A stretch of DNA of 56,118 bases, counting the filler, from Circinaria calcarea (taxonomy: Eukaryota): the NCBI GenBank assembly GCA_051942165.1. It is 5 parts of 5 records of this genome, joined end to end, with 100 filler letters (N's around TTAATTAATTAA, not from the genome) between each part and the next. Parts side by side here need not be neighbours in the genome. Positions count along the whole stretch, not along the records: positions 33,755 to 44,891 come from JAVECS010000707.1; positions 44,992 to 56,118 come from JAVECS010000708.1; 3 more parts are not named here. One strand, given 5' to 3'. Below the pieces are notes generated by a model. That model saw only the letters and a program-made list of their open reading frames with translations, was not told where the DNA came from and made no database searches. Shown in pieces: positions 36,583-48,401 of this stretch (positions are counted from its first letter, which is position 1; each line of letters starts with the position of its first letter). A program made the position numbers and the translations under genes.

Positions 36583-38320
36583 GATTCTTGCTGTTCTGTT
36601 TCCCTGTTCCGAGATTCTTCTCCGGCAGACGAGTCTTTCTCTTTCCAAAGATATCTCACCAAAGAAAGTAAGCCAAAGGCAGATACGCAGTTATAACTGT
36701 AGTCATATGGGGGCCGGGTCAGCACTCCTCCTTTGTGGATCATGGCCAGCCATTGTGGCCGGAAACGTCTCTGCCAGAGCTGGACCATGACACCGAGGAC
36801 AAAGGAGAATGGGATTTTCGAAAGAGAAGGTATCAATCCGGATATCCGTGCCATGGTGGTACACTACAGATAACAAGGCGAAGGGCGAACTCCAAATACA
36901 CGAATCTCAAGAGTATAGTATCAAGAGAAGTCGTAAATCAGCCTTCTTGATAGTTGGCTACTGCCAGTTCCGGTCACCACGCGCAAATTGAGTGACCACT
37001 CCGGATGTGGAGTTGTGCTCCACCTCATGGCTTGAGGGGTTCCTGCTCTGACCTTTAGAGTGCTATTCAAGCATCCTCTGAACCATTCGTCAATCACATA
37101 TATAATCGAACGTTCAAACCTCCTACCTCTTCCAACGGCCCCTTACGCACAGATAGATCACTCGGGATCCATCTCACGAACATGTCATGTTATGAAAGTA
37201 TCAAAGGAAACTAAATAAACAAAGAAAGAGAAAGAGAAACTGGAATATCACGTGCGAGTACTCCCGAAACAGAAATCGATCCAAAAGCCTTTACTAGTTA
37301 GTGCTCAATTTTTGTTAGCTGTGCCCGATATCCTAGTACAATTTCCATGTTCGATAGGACTGTTGTTGAGATTGTGAGTTTCTGGTTGTCGTCGTTGTAG
37401 ACCCGCGATGTTTTGACGTCTCGATCTAACTCGATTGGAACGGACAGATTACGTGATTACCAGGGGTAATCGTGATTAACGTGATATATTCAACGACAGC
37501 CGAATAATAATCTGCTGTAATACTCCACCTATAGCAATTCGACAACAATTAATTAATATTTTCGGAAACATATTGTCCTTGACGCATCTCCCTCTTATTG
37601 CGCTTTCTCTAACTTTTTCTTTTATGTCTATTCCCTTTCCCCTCTCACCTTCCCTCTTCCCTCTTCCCTCTTCACCTCCAACCCCTTAACTCCCTCACAT
37701 TCCCATCTTCACACCTCGAACAACCATTGTCACCATAATAATCTCTTGATCTATCGCTCGCAAGTATACTACTCTCTGATTCATCGAAGCTCGCGTACTC
37801 TCACGTCCGTGGAAGGAAAGATCAGGTACAGCCCTTGGCAATGTACCATAGCCTCTATCCTAGCGAGAGGCTGGGAGCGTAGAAAGCAGAGGAATGGGGG
37901 ATTTTGCTCCGCGCCCTCCACATTCTTTTCGCCCCATTTCCACTCAACCATTCCAGATGCGATTCCCAGAATGAGTTGTAGGCCTCCCTTCACTCTACGG
38001 CACCAAACCCATCCCCCCTACCAAATCGAAAAAGTGTATCCTCCTTCTGTCTAATGGCCCAGGGGGTTTCTTTCCTCTCACCTTTTAACCTGCAGCTTCC
38101 TTCTCCAGCATATCTTTCATCAAAGGCAGTCTTCATTACGCTTCGGTTTACGTTTCACGTTCGCCTTTCCCCCTATCCAAAAGCTCATTCTATACCTGAT
38201 CTGCATATTATACTTTTCTTCTGCCTCCCCAATTTCCCTCATATATCTCGTCTCCTACTACCCCTCCCCTTCCTTCCGCTACTAATTTCCCCCCTTATAA
38301 CCTCATATCCCTCTCCTTCC

Positions 38321-38374
38321 TCCATCCTCCCTCCATCCTCCCTCCATTCTCCCTCCATCCTCCCTCCATCCTCC
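38321..38374. repeat. 11-bp tandem repeat TCCATCCTCCC (about 5 copies) within a pyrimidine-rich low-complexity tract
   Basis: Read directly: tccatcctccc tccatcctccc tccattctccc tccatcctccc tccatcctcc. Confidence 0.85.
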
Positions 38375-39437
38375 ATCCCCCTCTCACCCTCCCACCCACA
38401 CCACAGCCATACCCTTTTCCTGCTTCCCGAAGAAGCACTCCCCGCAATCCAACATCTAATCTCCAATCTCTAATACCTACAAGGCAGACCGTGGCTATAC
38501 CAGAATAGGGAAGAAAGAGGTCTTCCGTAGGCACGAGCAGAGGGAAAATTCCACCAACTCACGTATCCCGTCTTTGCTACCCCACCCGTGTATTCCCGCA
38601 CCTTCCCATCCTCCTTCCCAATGAACCTTAATCCCTTGATTCTACACATCCATCCTACTCTTCTTCTCTATCCCCTCATAAGCCCAATTTGCAATCTCCG
38701 CCTATCCCAGACAATCGAGATCGCGGAGTGAAGTTTGGCCGGATCAAGAGGGATGGGGTTGGACGGGTCATAAAGGGAATGGGGATAGGGGAGGAGTTTG
38801 TTGATAGAATGGGGCGGTCTGGTGGTGGGACGTGGGGATTAAACGGGGATATAGGGATGGGAATAAGGAAGATGTAAAGGAAGTGGTGGAAAATGGGCGA
38901 GGTATAAAGTTTCGATCTCTAGGTTTTGACCACGGGGATAAGAGTTTAGATGTTTATCTGGTGGGATTCCTGAGTTCGTATAATACCTTCGGCGATATAG
39001 TCGGGTAACGGAATTAGTCGACTAGCTGAAGCAGGGTTACTCTGTTCACATGCAGAACAAGTTTTGAACCGGCACCTGCGGTATGGAGGATTCAAGCCCG
39101 TCTTATGGCAGCAGCAATACATGCTTTGCTCTAGCTAGTGGGAAGAGCTAGTTAGCTAAACTGTGGTTTGAAGAACACAATTCATATTCATGATCCGTCA
39201 ATTAGTCCCGAGATGGCTGTTTTCATATTGCGATGAGGCAGGTGACGAGCCAGGTGACATCCCAGGGAACCTGAACAAGGACCGATGAACTTGGTTAGCC
39301 ACGGTCTGAAGCAGAATTGCAGCCGAGTTGACGACAAACGTTTTGGTGATCATAGCTAAGATTCCTTTCTTTTCTCTGCAGCTCGTCAGTGAGGTGTAAT
39401 CAGCCTGTAAGAGTTGCAAGTGCTTGTGTTTTGATGG

Positions 39438-41501
39438 TTAGGTATGTTTGTGAAAGACCAGGGTGTTTGTCCGGTTGTCCACACAAGGCTGATCCTGTTC
39501 GCGATGACGATAAGCCTCCGTATTAAAATCAGAGCCAGTGCTAGAGTCGCAGTGTTTCCTAAACCACCTCTCAAGATGCTTGGCCGCAGAAGGCTCATCC
39601 AAGAACCGCCAATCCTGGTCATTCATTGTCGCTCCGATAGCACTCCTTTGGATCCCATCTTCCCATGCTCCCTCAAAATTCCATATGGTTCTGTTGTCTT
39701 CGTTATGCTCGATCCAGTAACGATAACTTCCAACAGCGATGACACGTAGGCTGCGAAAGTCCAAACGCAGAATGTCCCACGCTATACGCCCTGGCACAGT
39801 CGTACCAATATCTCCCACCGCGGTGATCCTTATATTGTTTTTAGGCGCAGAGACATACGCCTTCCACCACGGGTCTTGGTATGTCCGGGCAGACTCTTCC
39901 CAAGACTTGAGTCTTGAGCGAAGATCAAGTATTCTGACCTTCTTCAGGTTGTAACTGTCGAAGCCTTCGACCACGAATCTCGACCATTCTATGTCCTCGA
40001 CCCTTATCCTTTGTATTTCTTCGCCCCACCTTCCCCTATCTCTGTTAGATGCCATTCCAAAGATCCGATAACTCATGCGCTCCTCGTAAGCAGGGCCAAG
40101 CACTTCTGTGAAATAGTCAGCAGGTGGTGTCGTAATACGTAGCTCTCGTGCTGAGAACGAGATGCCACTTCTAGTTGCAAGCCCAGTCATTTCGAGACGA
40201 GTGTTCATACGAGAAGCGAGCATATCTGTGGCGCTCATAGCGTTAAGAAGTTCGAAACGCTGAAGGGAGTCCTGATGAAGTACCATAAAGTTACATATGG
40301 ATTCGATGGCTTTGATACTTGAATCCTCATCTACTTCTTCAATACGCTGGTCAAGGTGCGCCATCATTGAATATGAAGCTATCTGATGGTCGTTAGCATT
40401 ACTAAGACCAGCAAAATGATCCTCTGAATCAATTTTCCAGCCAGAGACGGTAAGAGATCTGATCTTTGGTAATCCAAGGGAGCCGAGAAGCGTTCCAATA
40501 AGACAAGCATCCCTGAGGTTGAAATGTAGATACTCCAAACGCTCGCATCTTTGGAAAGCAGCAAGGAAGACCTCCGGTCGGGTCGCTAGGCTCGAGTGGT
40601 GGCCGTCCGACAGTTTGAGGACTCTCAATGTCACAGGCAAGTGGCCGTGGTTCCCGATTGGCCATGTCATCTCATTTAGATCACCGTCCGGGCCAAATTG
40701 TGGATCAACGAGGCGCCGGAAAAAGAATGCGAAGGGTGAAACTTTGGTATCACGGCGACCAAATTGCGAGACAGTCAGTTCCAAGGTAGTAAGGTTGAGC
40801 TTCCGAATGGCGCTAGCTAACCCTAAACCTTCGAACGATCTGATTTGTCCAACCTTAAGGACTTTCAATCCTGTCAGATCCTCAAGCTCAGCAAAATCAG
40901 CCGCGACGGTTGCCTCATAGTATTTATAATTGTTTGGCCAATACATATCGAGACCTCGGGTCCTTAACTCGAGGCTTACGAGACCCCGAAGGTCATTAAT
41001 GGCTAGTAGAACTGCAGTCTTTAATGCTCCATTGAAACGAAGACTCCTCAAAGCTTGCAACATAGCAAAAGTTTTTAGGGCCAGAGTGACGCTGTAATTG
41101 TTCAACGTTCGACCAGCCCTGTCCTCAGCCTCGACGTCGAGATTAATGTGCTGGACCAAATCCCCCGGTACCTTTGGTGCTTGAGGTGAGAAGACCGGAA
41201 ATCCTGGACTACTACGTGTTGTACGTTTTCGAAAGGGACCTTCGCAAAGCATTCGCATGATTCCTCCATCCTGAATATGTCTAGGGCCATTAAGTAGAAT
41301 GCGGTAATCGCCCCATTGCACAATATCCGTGTACATGATGGTTAGCTCTTGCCACAATATCTTGCTGGTGAACAAAAAGAAGAAACGATTGGTGCAGGAC
41401 CATTGAATTTGGGTAGGCTTATCACAGAACTCGACGATGATAAGAAGGAGATCGGGTGGGAGATTCATTTGGTCCATTGATGTGCTGGGCATTTGTGACA
41501 T
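39438..41501 (-). CDS. F-box-like protein with a degenerate LRR/RNI-like region; intronless
   Basis: N-terminal LPPDLLLIIVEFC...WSCTNR.F.....ILW resembles an F-box motif. It is followed by repeated LxxLxL segments (LRSLRF, LVSLEL, LKVLKV, LTTLEL, LRVLKL, LEYLHF). Likely ATG at 41501 or 41492. Confidence 0.7.
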   Translation of the reverse strand: MSQMPSTSMDQMNLPPDLLLIIVEFCDKPTQIQWSCTNRFFFLFTSKILWQELTIMYTDIVQWGDYRILLNGPRHIQDGGIMRMLCEGPFRKRTTRSSPGFPVFSPQAPKVPGDLVQHINLDVEAEDRAGRTLNNYSVTLALKTFAMLQALRSLRFNGALKTAVLLAINDLRGLVSLELRTRGLDMYWPNNYKYYEATVAADFAELEDLTGLKVLKVGQIRSFEGLGLASAIRKLNLTTLELTVSQFGRRDTKVSPFAFFFRRLVDPQFGPDGDLNEMTWPIGNHGHLPVTLRVLKLSDGHHSSLATRPEVFLAAFQRCERLEYLHFNLRDACLIGTLLGSLGLPKIRSLTVSGWKIDSEDHFAGLSNANDHQIASYSMMAHLDQRIEEVDEDSSIKAIESICNFMVLHQDSLQRFELLNAMSATDMLASRMNTRLEMTGLATRSGISFSARELRITTPPADYFTEVLGPAYEERMSYRIFGMASNRDRGRWGEEIQRIRVEDIEWSRFVVEGFDSYNLKKVRILDLRSRLKSWEESARTYQDPWWKAYVSAPKNNIRITAVGDIGTTVPGRIAWDILRLDFRSLRVIAVGSYRYWIEHNEDNRTIWNFEGAWEDGIQRSAIGATMNDQDWRFLDEPSAAKHLERWFRKHCDSSTGSDFNTEAYRHREQDQPCVDNRTNTLVFHKHT

Positions 41502-42208
41502 GATTGTAGAACAGACTGGGAAAAAACAAGATTCTGGCGGCACCTCGGTCTCTTTCAAAAGATGAAGTCAGGATGTTTGCATCAGATTCTGCTTTAAAGG
41601 GGAGCCGTGCCGTAAGTGAAAGCGCTACGGCACGCTGCAACGAGTTGATAGAGTTAAGGAGCAGTAAAGAAAGCAGACCAAGTATCCTATATCCCTTGGC
41701 CAAATGAGATAAGCCTTCGGGCTTGAGTGTACTCTTTGGAGTGATATTGGTAGTGCAACGTTCACTGGTGCTGGTAATATTTTGTGTGTTTTGTGTGGAC
41801 AAAACGGAGTGGGTTTTCGGTTAGAAATTTGCTATTCTCGGGAGGACGGCACCGATAGGCTAAGCCTAATACTGTCAAGCACGGATGGAAATCGTGTCTT
41901 CGTATTGGCCACACTAAGTCCACTGGCATAATACAGCTTCGTTGCTGTGTACATATGAGCTACGTGAAGCTAAGCAGGGCGACTTTATAGACAAGGTATT
42001 GATTGGCTGGCAGAACTGTTATTCCAGGCCTACCCAGCAGAGCAAAGAAAAACTAAAAGCCCCAAATACCACAGTAGGCAACCGAGATACTCGTCGGGCC
42101 GACCCGTGCCGCAGAGACGGGTGCCACATTCTACCGCAGTATTATCCCAATGGTCAAGGAGGGAAGGGGGGAGAAGACTCGAAGACTATCAAGCCTGAGT
42201 ACAGCACT

Positions 42209-44324
42209 ATGCCTCAGGATATAACGGGGAAGACTCCCATCCCTAACAGGACTCCTCAAAACCACCATCTTGACCTCGAAGCACAGCCAACCAGCCTACA
42301 TACAGCTTCCACCTTTCCGACCAAATCTACGTCAGTACCCGACATGGAATTTTCAGCCAAACGCCGTTCAAGAAGAACGCCGACTGCGGAAACCTATCGC
42401 CCGCAGCGGTGGGGTCGGAAATGGCAACCGGGTCAGGAGCCAGGCATACCGGCCGCAGCGCTGCATGGGCCAAAACGCGAGTGCGACATTACCGTGGTGG
42501 ACTTTTCACAGGACGACATACAGATACGCCATCTTGACAACGACAGTTTGCGCACTTCGCTAGAAATCCCAAGGGAAGATTGGGTGGTCTGTCGCTGGAT
42601 CAATGTCAATGGCATCAGTGGCGACGTCATCCAGCTTCTGGCAAGCTATAAGAACTTCCACCGGCTTGCGATTGAAGACATGCTCAATAACCATAACAGA
42701 ACCAAGGCAGACTGGTATGCCGATCATACATACGGTACTGATCCCAACTGATCCCAGACGTGCCTTCTTACGTTGACTTAGTTGTTTTACCCCTTCATAA
42801 ACTCATTCATGTTAAAGACCATGTTTCCGATGACTCTGATTCGGATGACCAGATGTATACTGGAAGGGCTAGGGGAAAGAAGAAAGGATTGATGCAAAGA
42901 CTAGCAAAGTTAATATATCCGGAAAAGTCCCCAAAGACGCCACTTCAGCCGGTTGCACGTTCGGTAGACACCGATAATTCTGGCAGCGGCTTCGTGACTG
43001 GCAATGGACATGTTCCTGTTGAAAAAGTTGCAATACCCACTCGAACCCTCCAGCGATATCACGGCGGGCCCAATGAGGAACGTACAGAGTACATGGAGAA
43101 AAAGTCGGCATTGGCAAACAAGGGCTTGGCTGTTAGTGTTGAGCAGGTCTCGATTTTTATGACCTCCGACAATTGTCTGGTCTCCTTCTTCGAAAGCTCG
43201 GCTGCAGATGTGGAGATGCCAATAGTCGGTCGCCTCCAATCTCGGGAAACTCTTCTAAGAAAAAGCACAGATGCTAGCATGATACTCCAAGCGATCATTG
43301 ACACAATTATCGACCTGGCCATACAGGTCACAACTGGATATCAAGATGCAGTCGACGAGTTGGAGCTCAATGTTCTTACTGGCAAGTTACAACCACACTC
43401 CTTTTGAATTGTGATGATAAGTCCTTGTGAAACTAATATTGGACGTTGCTAACACAACTCCAACGTTTAGAGCCGGATCTCCACCAATGTTCATCACTTT
43501 ATATCCTCACTAGTGAAATCTCTCAATTCCGCAGCAACGTTTACCCGATAGTAAATCTAATCAACGCCCTTCGAGATCACAAGAGAGAGCCTACAGGCAT
43601 CTACAGAGCAAATGATGGTTCAGCAAAGCCGAAAACCTCCGTAGAAACCAACTCCTCCGGCGTAAGGATTAGCTCCATGACACATACATATCTGGGAGAT
43701 GTAGAGGATCATTGTATTTTGATCACGGATAGTCTCGACCAGATGAGGAGATCGGCGGACAACATGATTGACTTGATATTCAATACTATCAGTAAGCTTT
43801 GTTTGCTGTATTTCACAGAATTTGTGTTAATTGAGCAGTAGGCGCTTTCCAGAACGAAAGCATGAAACAGCTCACTCTCGTAACGATTCTTTTTCTACCC
43901 TTATCATTCTTGACGGTACGCCTCGTACATCAAGCTCTCTATCTACTGAATAGCTAACGCTCAGTCCAGGGCTATTTCGGCATGAACTTTGTCTCCTTTG
44001 ATGCCATTCAAGGAAGTGATGCGTACGTATTCCCCATTTCAAATCACTACTCCTTTCTTTACGCACACCGCACGTTAGATTCATCACTGACGTTTTTCAT
44101 CTGCTAGTTTTTACTGGAAGGTCGCCAGCCCAACTGTCGTTGCAATTAGTATATGGTTGTTGTAAGATACTAGTTTCCTCCTGTTCTCGCAGAAAAAGGA
44201 CCGAGATTGATCATTCCATAGCAAAGATCTCATCCGCCGCTGGGTGGATCGGAAACTCCTCCGAAGGGGCATTGACCGGAAGCGAAAAGCTCGGGCTGTC
44301 AGCGAGGCGGAGAAGAGAAGATAG
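42209..44324 (+). CDS. CorA-family Mg2+ transporter (fungal type)
   Basis: [49 protein letters not shown] and [28 protein letters not shown] with the canonical GMN motif. Multi-exon; stop at 44322-44324. Confidence 0.92.
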
Positions 44325-44891
44325 TGTTTGGTTGCATTTTCTTAGTGTGGCACGATGTCATGAAGGTTTGGAAAGATACCCCTTGGATTTTGGATGGATT
44401 TTGGATCATGGTGGTGGAATTTTGGTCACTTGGAGCCGAATTATGTATCAGTCCTAATACCGAGCATCGTGAACAAATCGGTACATCATACGTACAGTTT
44501 ATTGGCAGCTACAGAATGATGTAGGCTAATATTTTTAGACAAAAGCAACTGTATAGAGGGCGGGAAAATAGAATCAATGATCTATATCAAAAGTGGCCAT
44601 CTACATCTAGGCGATATCAACCATTTCATCTCCATCTCCATTGCAATCGAAAAGAGGGAAGAGCTAGAAAGTAGAAAGCAGTGCATAAAGTCCCTATCCT
44701 ATCCTACCCACGATACCCACGATACCCACGAAAACTCTCGACCCCCAAAAATCCCCCCCCCCCAGAAGGAAGCCTTGGACCTTGGAACCATCATCATCAC
44801 AATAAATTCCTACAAATGTAGATGGGAATGGGGAAAATGCGTTCATTGGAACTACAGCAAAAATCATGGCAACCCATAAACTGAAGGTAAG

Positions 44892-44991
44892 NNNNNNNNN
44901 NNNNNNNNNNNNNNNNNNNNNNNNNNNNNNNNNNNTTAATTAATTAANNNNNNNNNNNNNNNNNNNNNNNNNNNNNNNNNNNNNNNNNNNN
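44892..44991. other. Artificial contig linker (44 N + TTAATTAATTAA + 44 N)
   Basis: Same 100-nt cassette as the other linkers. Confidence 0.97.
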
Positions 44992-45418
44992 GAGTATGGC
45001 GGAAGTTGGGATGATTGGGTAGCGGAGGGAGGTGAGAAGGGAAGGGAAGGTGAGAAGTAAGGGGTGAAGGGGTAAGCGAAGAGGGAGAGATGAAAATTAA
45101 GCAGTGGGAGGATAGCACGGACCTATGGAGAGGACATGCTCTAATTTGGAAAAGAATAAGCATATGAGACCTTCATGGGGTAGATGATGGACGACGATTC
45201 ATGAACATAGGGGGGAGGCTGCCAGATAAAATAACGAGAAATTTCAATAATTAACTATACTACATGTGGAGGTATTCGCTAAGGCTAAACTGCGGGCTGC
45301 TTGTTTCTGTTAAAATGCTTAAGGTCACGTTCTGCTAAGGTATTGATTGTAATTGCAGAATGAGCTGAAGCTATCGGATTACTATGGGCTTATGGCCCTA
45401 TCTATGATAGTCATAACC

Positions 45419-47786
45419 CTATGGCTTGCCCACTTCATGCGGAGCAGCAAACGAATGAACATCAACAGTCCGAGGCCTAGTCGACATTTCTATCCCAGCT
45501 TCCTTTTGGTCGTTTTTCAGATATTCAATACCGTTTATGACACTCTGTAATTGCACGTACTCCTCGTCTAGCTTAACGTACCAGAAATACTGCCCCTCTT
45601 CATTCCCTCGTGTAGCTCGAGTTGCATATCCGTTCGAGATAAAACGACGGAGTTTAAGTCCTCCCCAGAGCAAAGGCACGAGAATTGGAACCGCATAGAA
45701 AGCAACGACTTCTTTGACTGAAAGATTACCTTTCCACCACAAGGTGGTTGAGAAGACAAATATGATCAAGAAACATCCTACAAGGCCAGCGCTGGTTACC
45801 CATGGCTGAAACTTGAAAAGCAGAGTGGAAGCCCCGGTCTTTTTGGGGTCCCAACGATTATATCTGGCATATCTACCCACAAGCTTTTCCCTGTGAAATC
45901 GAAGCCTAGGTCTCGAGTTAGCCCATAAAATAACATAGCAGAGCGACAGAGTACCATATATAGTATCGCACGTATGCTAAGCATTGAGTTCCCCAGACAA
46001 AGATGCAACTGATACTCGATGTGACGTTCATGATTTCGATCAACTGTACCATACGAGATTAGCATATATGAGTACTAGGATCGAGCAGCGCCTTTAGCGA
46101 TAATTTAAAAGATTCATGACATCGGTTGTGCATAACTCATGATTCACGCTGATCTCAACGAGAATGTGGAGACGTCAGAACTTACACCCTTGGTGATTTG
46201 CCCCGGCACAAGCTGAGAAAAAGGGATCCAACAAAAGAAAACTCCTGATATGACGACACAGACGATAGGAACTCCTGAGTCCGACAGTTTACTCATCCAC
46301 GAGAATGGCGCTCTTTTGTACGGTGTTCCACGGGAAAGCCCGTACAGTGTCCTTGAAGCAACATACAATGCTATGTTTGACGCGCTGAACCCAGAACAGA
46401 TCACGATAATCGCAAATGCGGATTTCATACCTTGATAGCCTACTTTGGTGGCTACCAGAATAAGTATAGCAGAAGTGGTGGTATTGCTGTTAGGGAGTGT
46501 CTGGCCAATATCATCGGAGATTCTATGTAGATTGTCATCTGTCGAAGACACGGAGGCCACTTCGGCCCACGCGTAAGCAAAGTACATGATGAGCACCACG
46601 TATGCTACCGTCTTCGAGGGTCGTTGTAGATCCTTGAGATCTCGAGCCTCAAACGCAGTAACGCCAACAACTTCAACTCCAAGGTAGCTATACGCAACAA
46701 ACGCCACGACTAGGCTTTACCATGGTCAGCATAAGACTACATTGCTGAAGAGATATGCTCACCAAAGACTCGCAGCCCAGTTGTTTGTCTGAGACGAATC
46801 GCTCTGATATCCAGCTGCAATATCTAAGGTAGATTTTAAACCATCATATCGCAAAGGTATTGTGGTGGGGACAAGTACCTCTTGACGCATGAGTGTCTAA
46901 CATTGAAAGTTAGCTAACACGAATACTGATCGGGTAACACTACTAACTTTTCCCTGCAAGAAAAAACATTATCAAAGTCAGAGCCACAAGAGTAACGAGC
47001 TTGGCCGCTCCGCCGACTGATTCGATCCACCCATACACCTTTCAGAGATGAGCAGCTGAAACTGGGAAAGTCCAGAGCTCACCTACATTGACAGGAAATA
47101 GATTGATGACGATTACTAGAAGCGGCCAGAGTATATAGAATACGCCAATCTGGAGACTCTGATGTTCTTGACTCATACTACCTTGGCGCATAAGGAATTC
47201 GTTAAGGAAATTGGCGCCAGTAGCTGCTGCGATCTGATACGAGGAGGCGTATGTGTACCTGCAATATTGAAAGACGTTAGTCTACTGTTGAGAAGAGAAA
47301 TTTTAGGGGCTTACCAATACAGTACGCCCATCACAATCGCCAGGTCTTGATCCACGAAATTCTTCACGTATTCGACTAGTGCATTAGGTGCGGCGAACAT
47401 TTGTATCATCTCACTGAGACCTTCCATCATGGCTATTGCTATGAGACCGACAATCGTTAAAGCTGTCAAAAGGCCTCCAGGACCAGCAGCTCGAAGAGCT
47501 TGTCCATCCCCGACGTAGATACCGGTCCCGATTAGAGCACTGATGACGATCAACTAGTGACATGTCAACTACTGAGCTTAGAGCAAGTAGGCTCACGAAC
47601 AAAGATCTGCAAGCCGCTCAAGGTTTGTCTGCCAGACATCATTGTCAGCTCTTGCCAGCAACGAGTAACGGAAAGATAGGTACCGACATACCTCAGCCCA
47701 GCCTCCTTTCTATCAGTTGCCTCGATCCCTGTCTCGACAACGCAGTCCCCATGGGAGTTTTCTGGTCCTACCAATGTCTCTGACAT
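45419..47786 (-). CDS. Divergent APC-superfamily amino-acid permease (multi-exon)
   Basis: TM1 motif ISALIGTGIY..G..L..AGPGG, then MEGLSEM, WIESVGG..K, AYSYLGVEVVGVTAFEA, SASNIALYVASRTLYGL and GVP. Many introns. Confidence 0.85.
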
Positions 47787-48401
47787 AACGATAGCTGTTT
47801 TGTGCTTGGTGGCAATAAGTTTTCAGTGAAGCAGAGAGAAGAAAGAAGCATGATCCAGCAAGGAAGAAATATTTGAACTGAGAGATTGAAAGTGTAAGTC
47901 ATCGCACGGTTAGAGCCTCATGAATCTTGCAGCGTAATTATTGCTACCAAATTCGTGGGGGGATTAGCATGTGTTGCATGCGTCATGTACATAAGAATGG
48001 TGTTTTATTCGACGTACAATTCGTCCACAACCAAGCTGATTCGTTGGTGTTAGCCGATAAATGATTCCTTCTACTGCGGTCAGCACTACGCTAAAGCCAG
48101 TAATTTTTTTGGGTTAACTAACTGATCTTACTGGTAGGTAACGAGGCTCTAGTTGTATTAGGCATGGTAGGATCCACTTATCTACCTTGTATCGGACCAT
48201 TGAACTCGTAATCCCCCGTTTTGCCATGTGCCGTGCGATAATGCGACTATGCTCGGAGGTACCATAGCTGTAACTAGTCGCGGCTTAATCAAGATCTCTG
48301 TGCGTGCGTCCAAAGCAAGAACGCTCACCCCCCATTATATACTTACTTGCACTTGTGACACGAGTCGATATCTTACGCAACCGAGGTCCTATTCTGGGAC
48401 A

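Noticed and set aside
38054..38534. Pro/Ser/Leu-rich and Gly/Glu/Arg-rich ORFs on both strands
   Set aside because: By-products of the low-complexity C/T tandem repeat.
33802..41600. Transposon or Starship-type mobile element carrying the Ulp1-like gene
   Set aside because: No transposase, tyrosine recombinase, terminal repeats or target-site duplication is visible in this contig.
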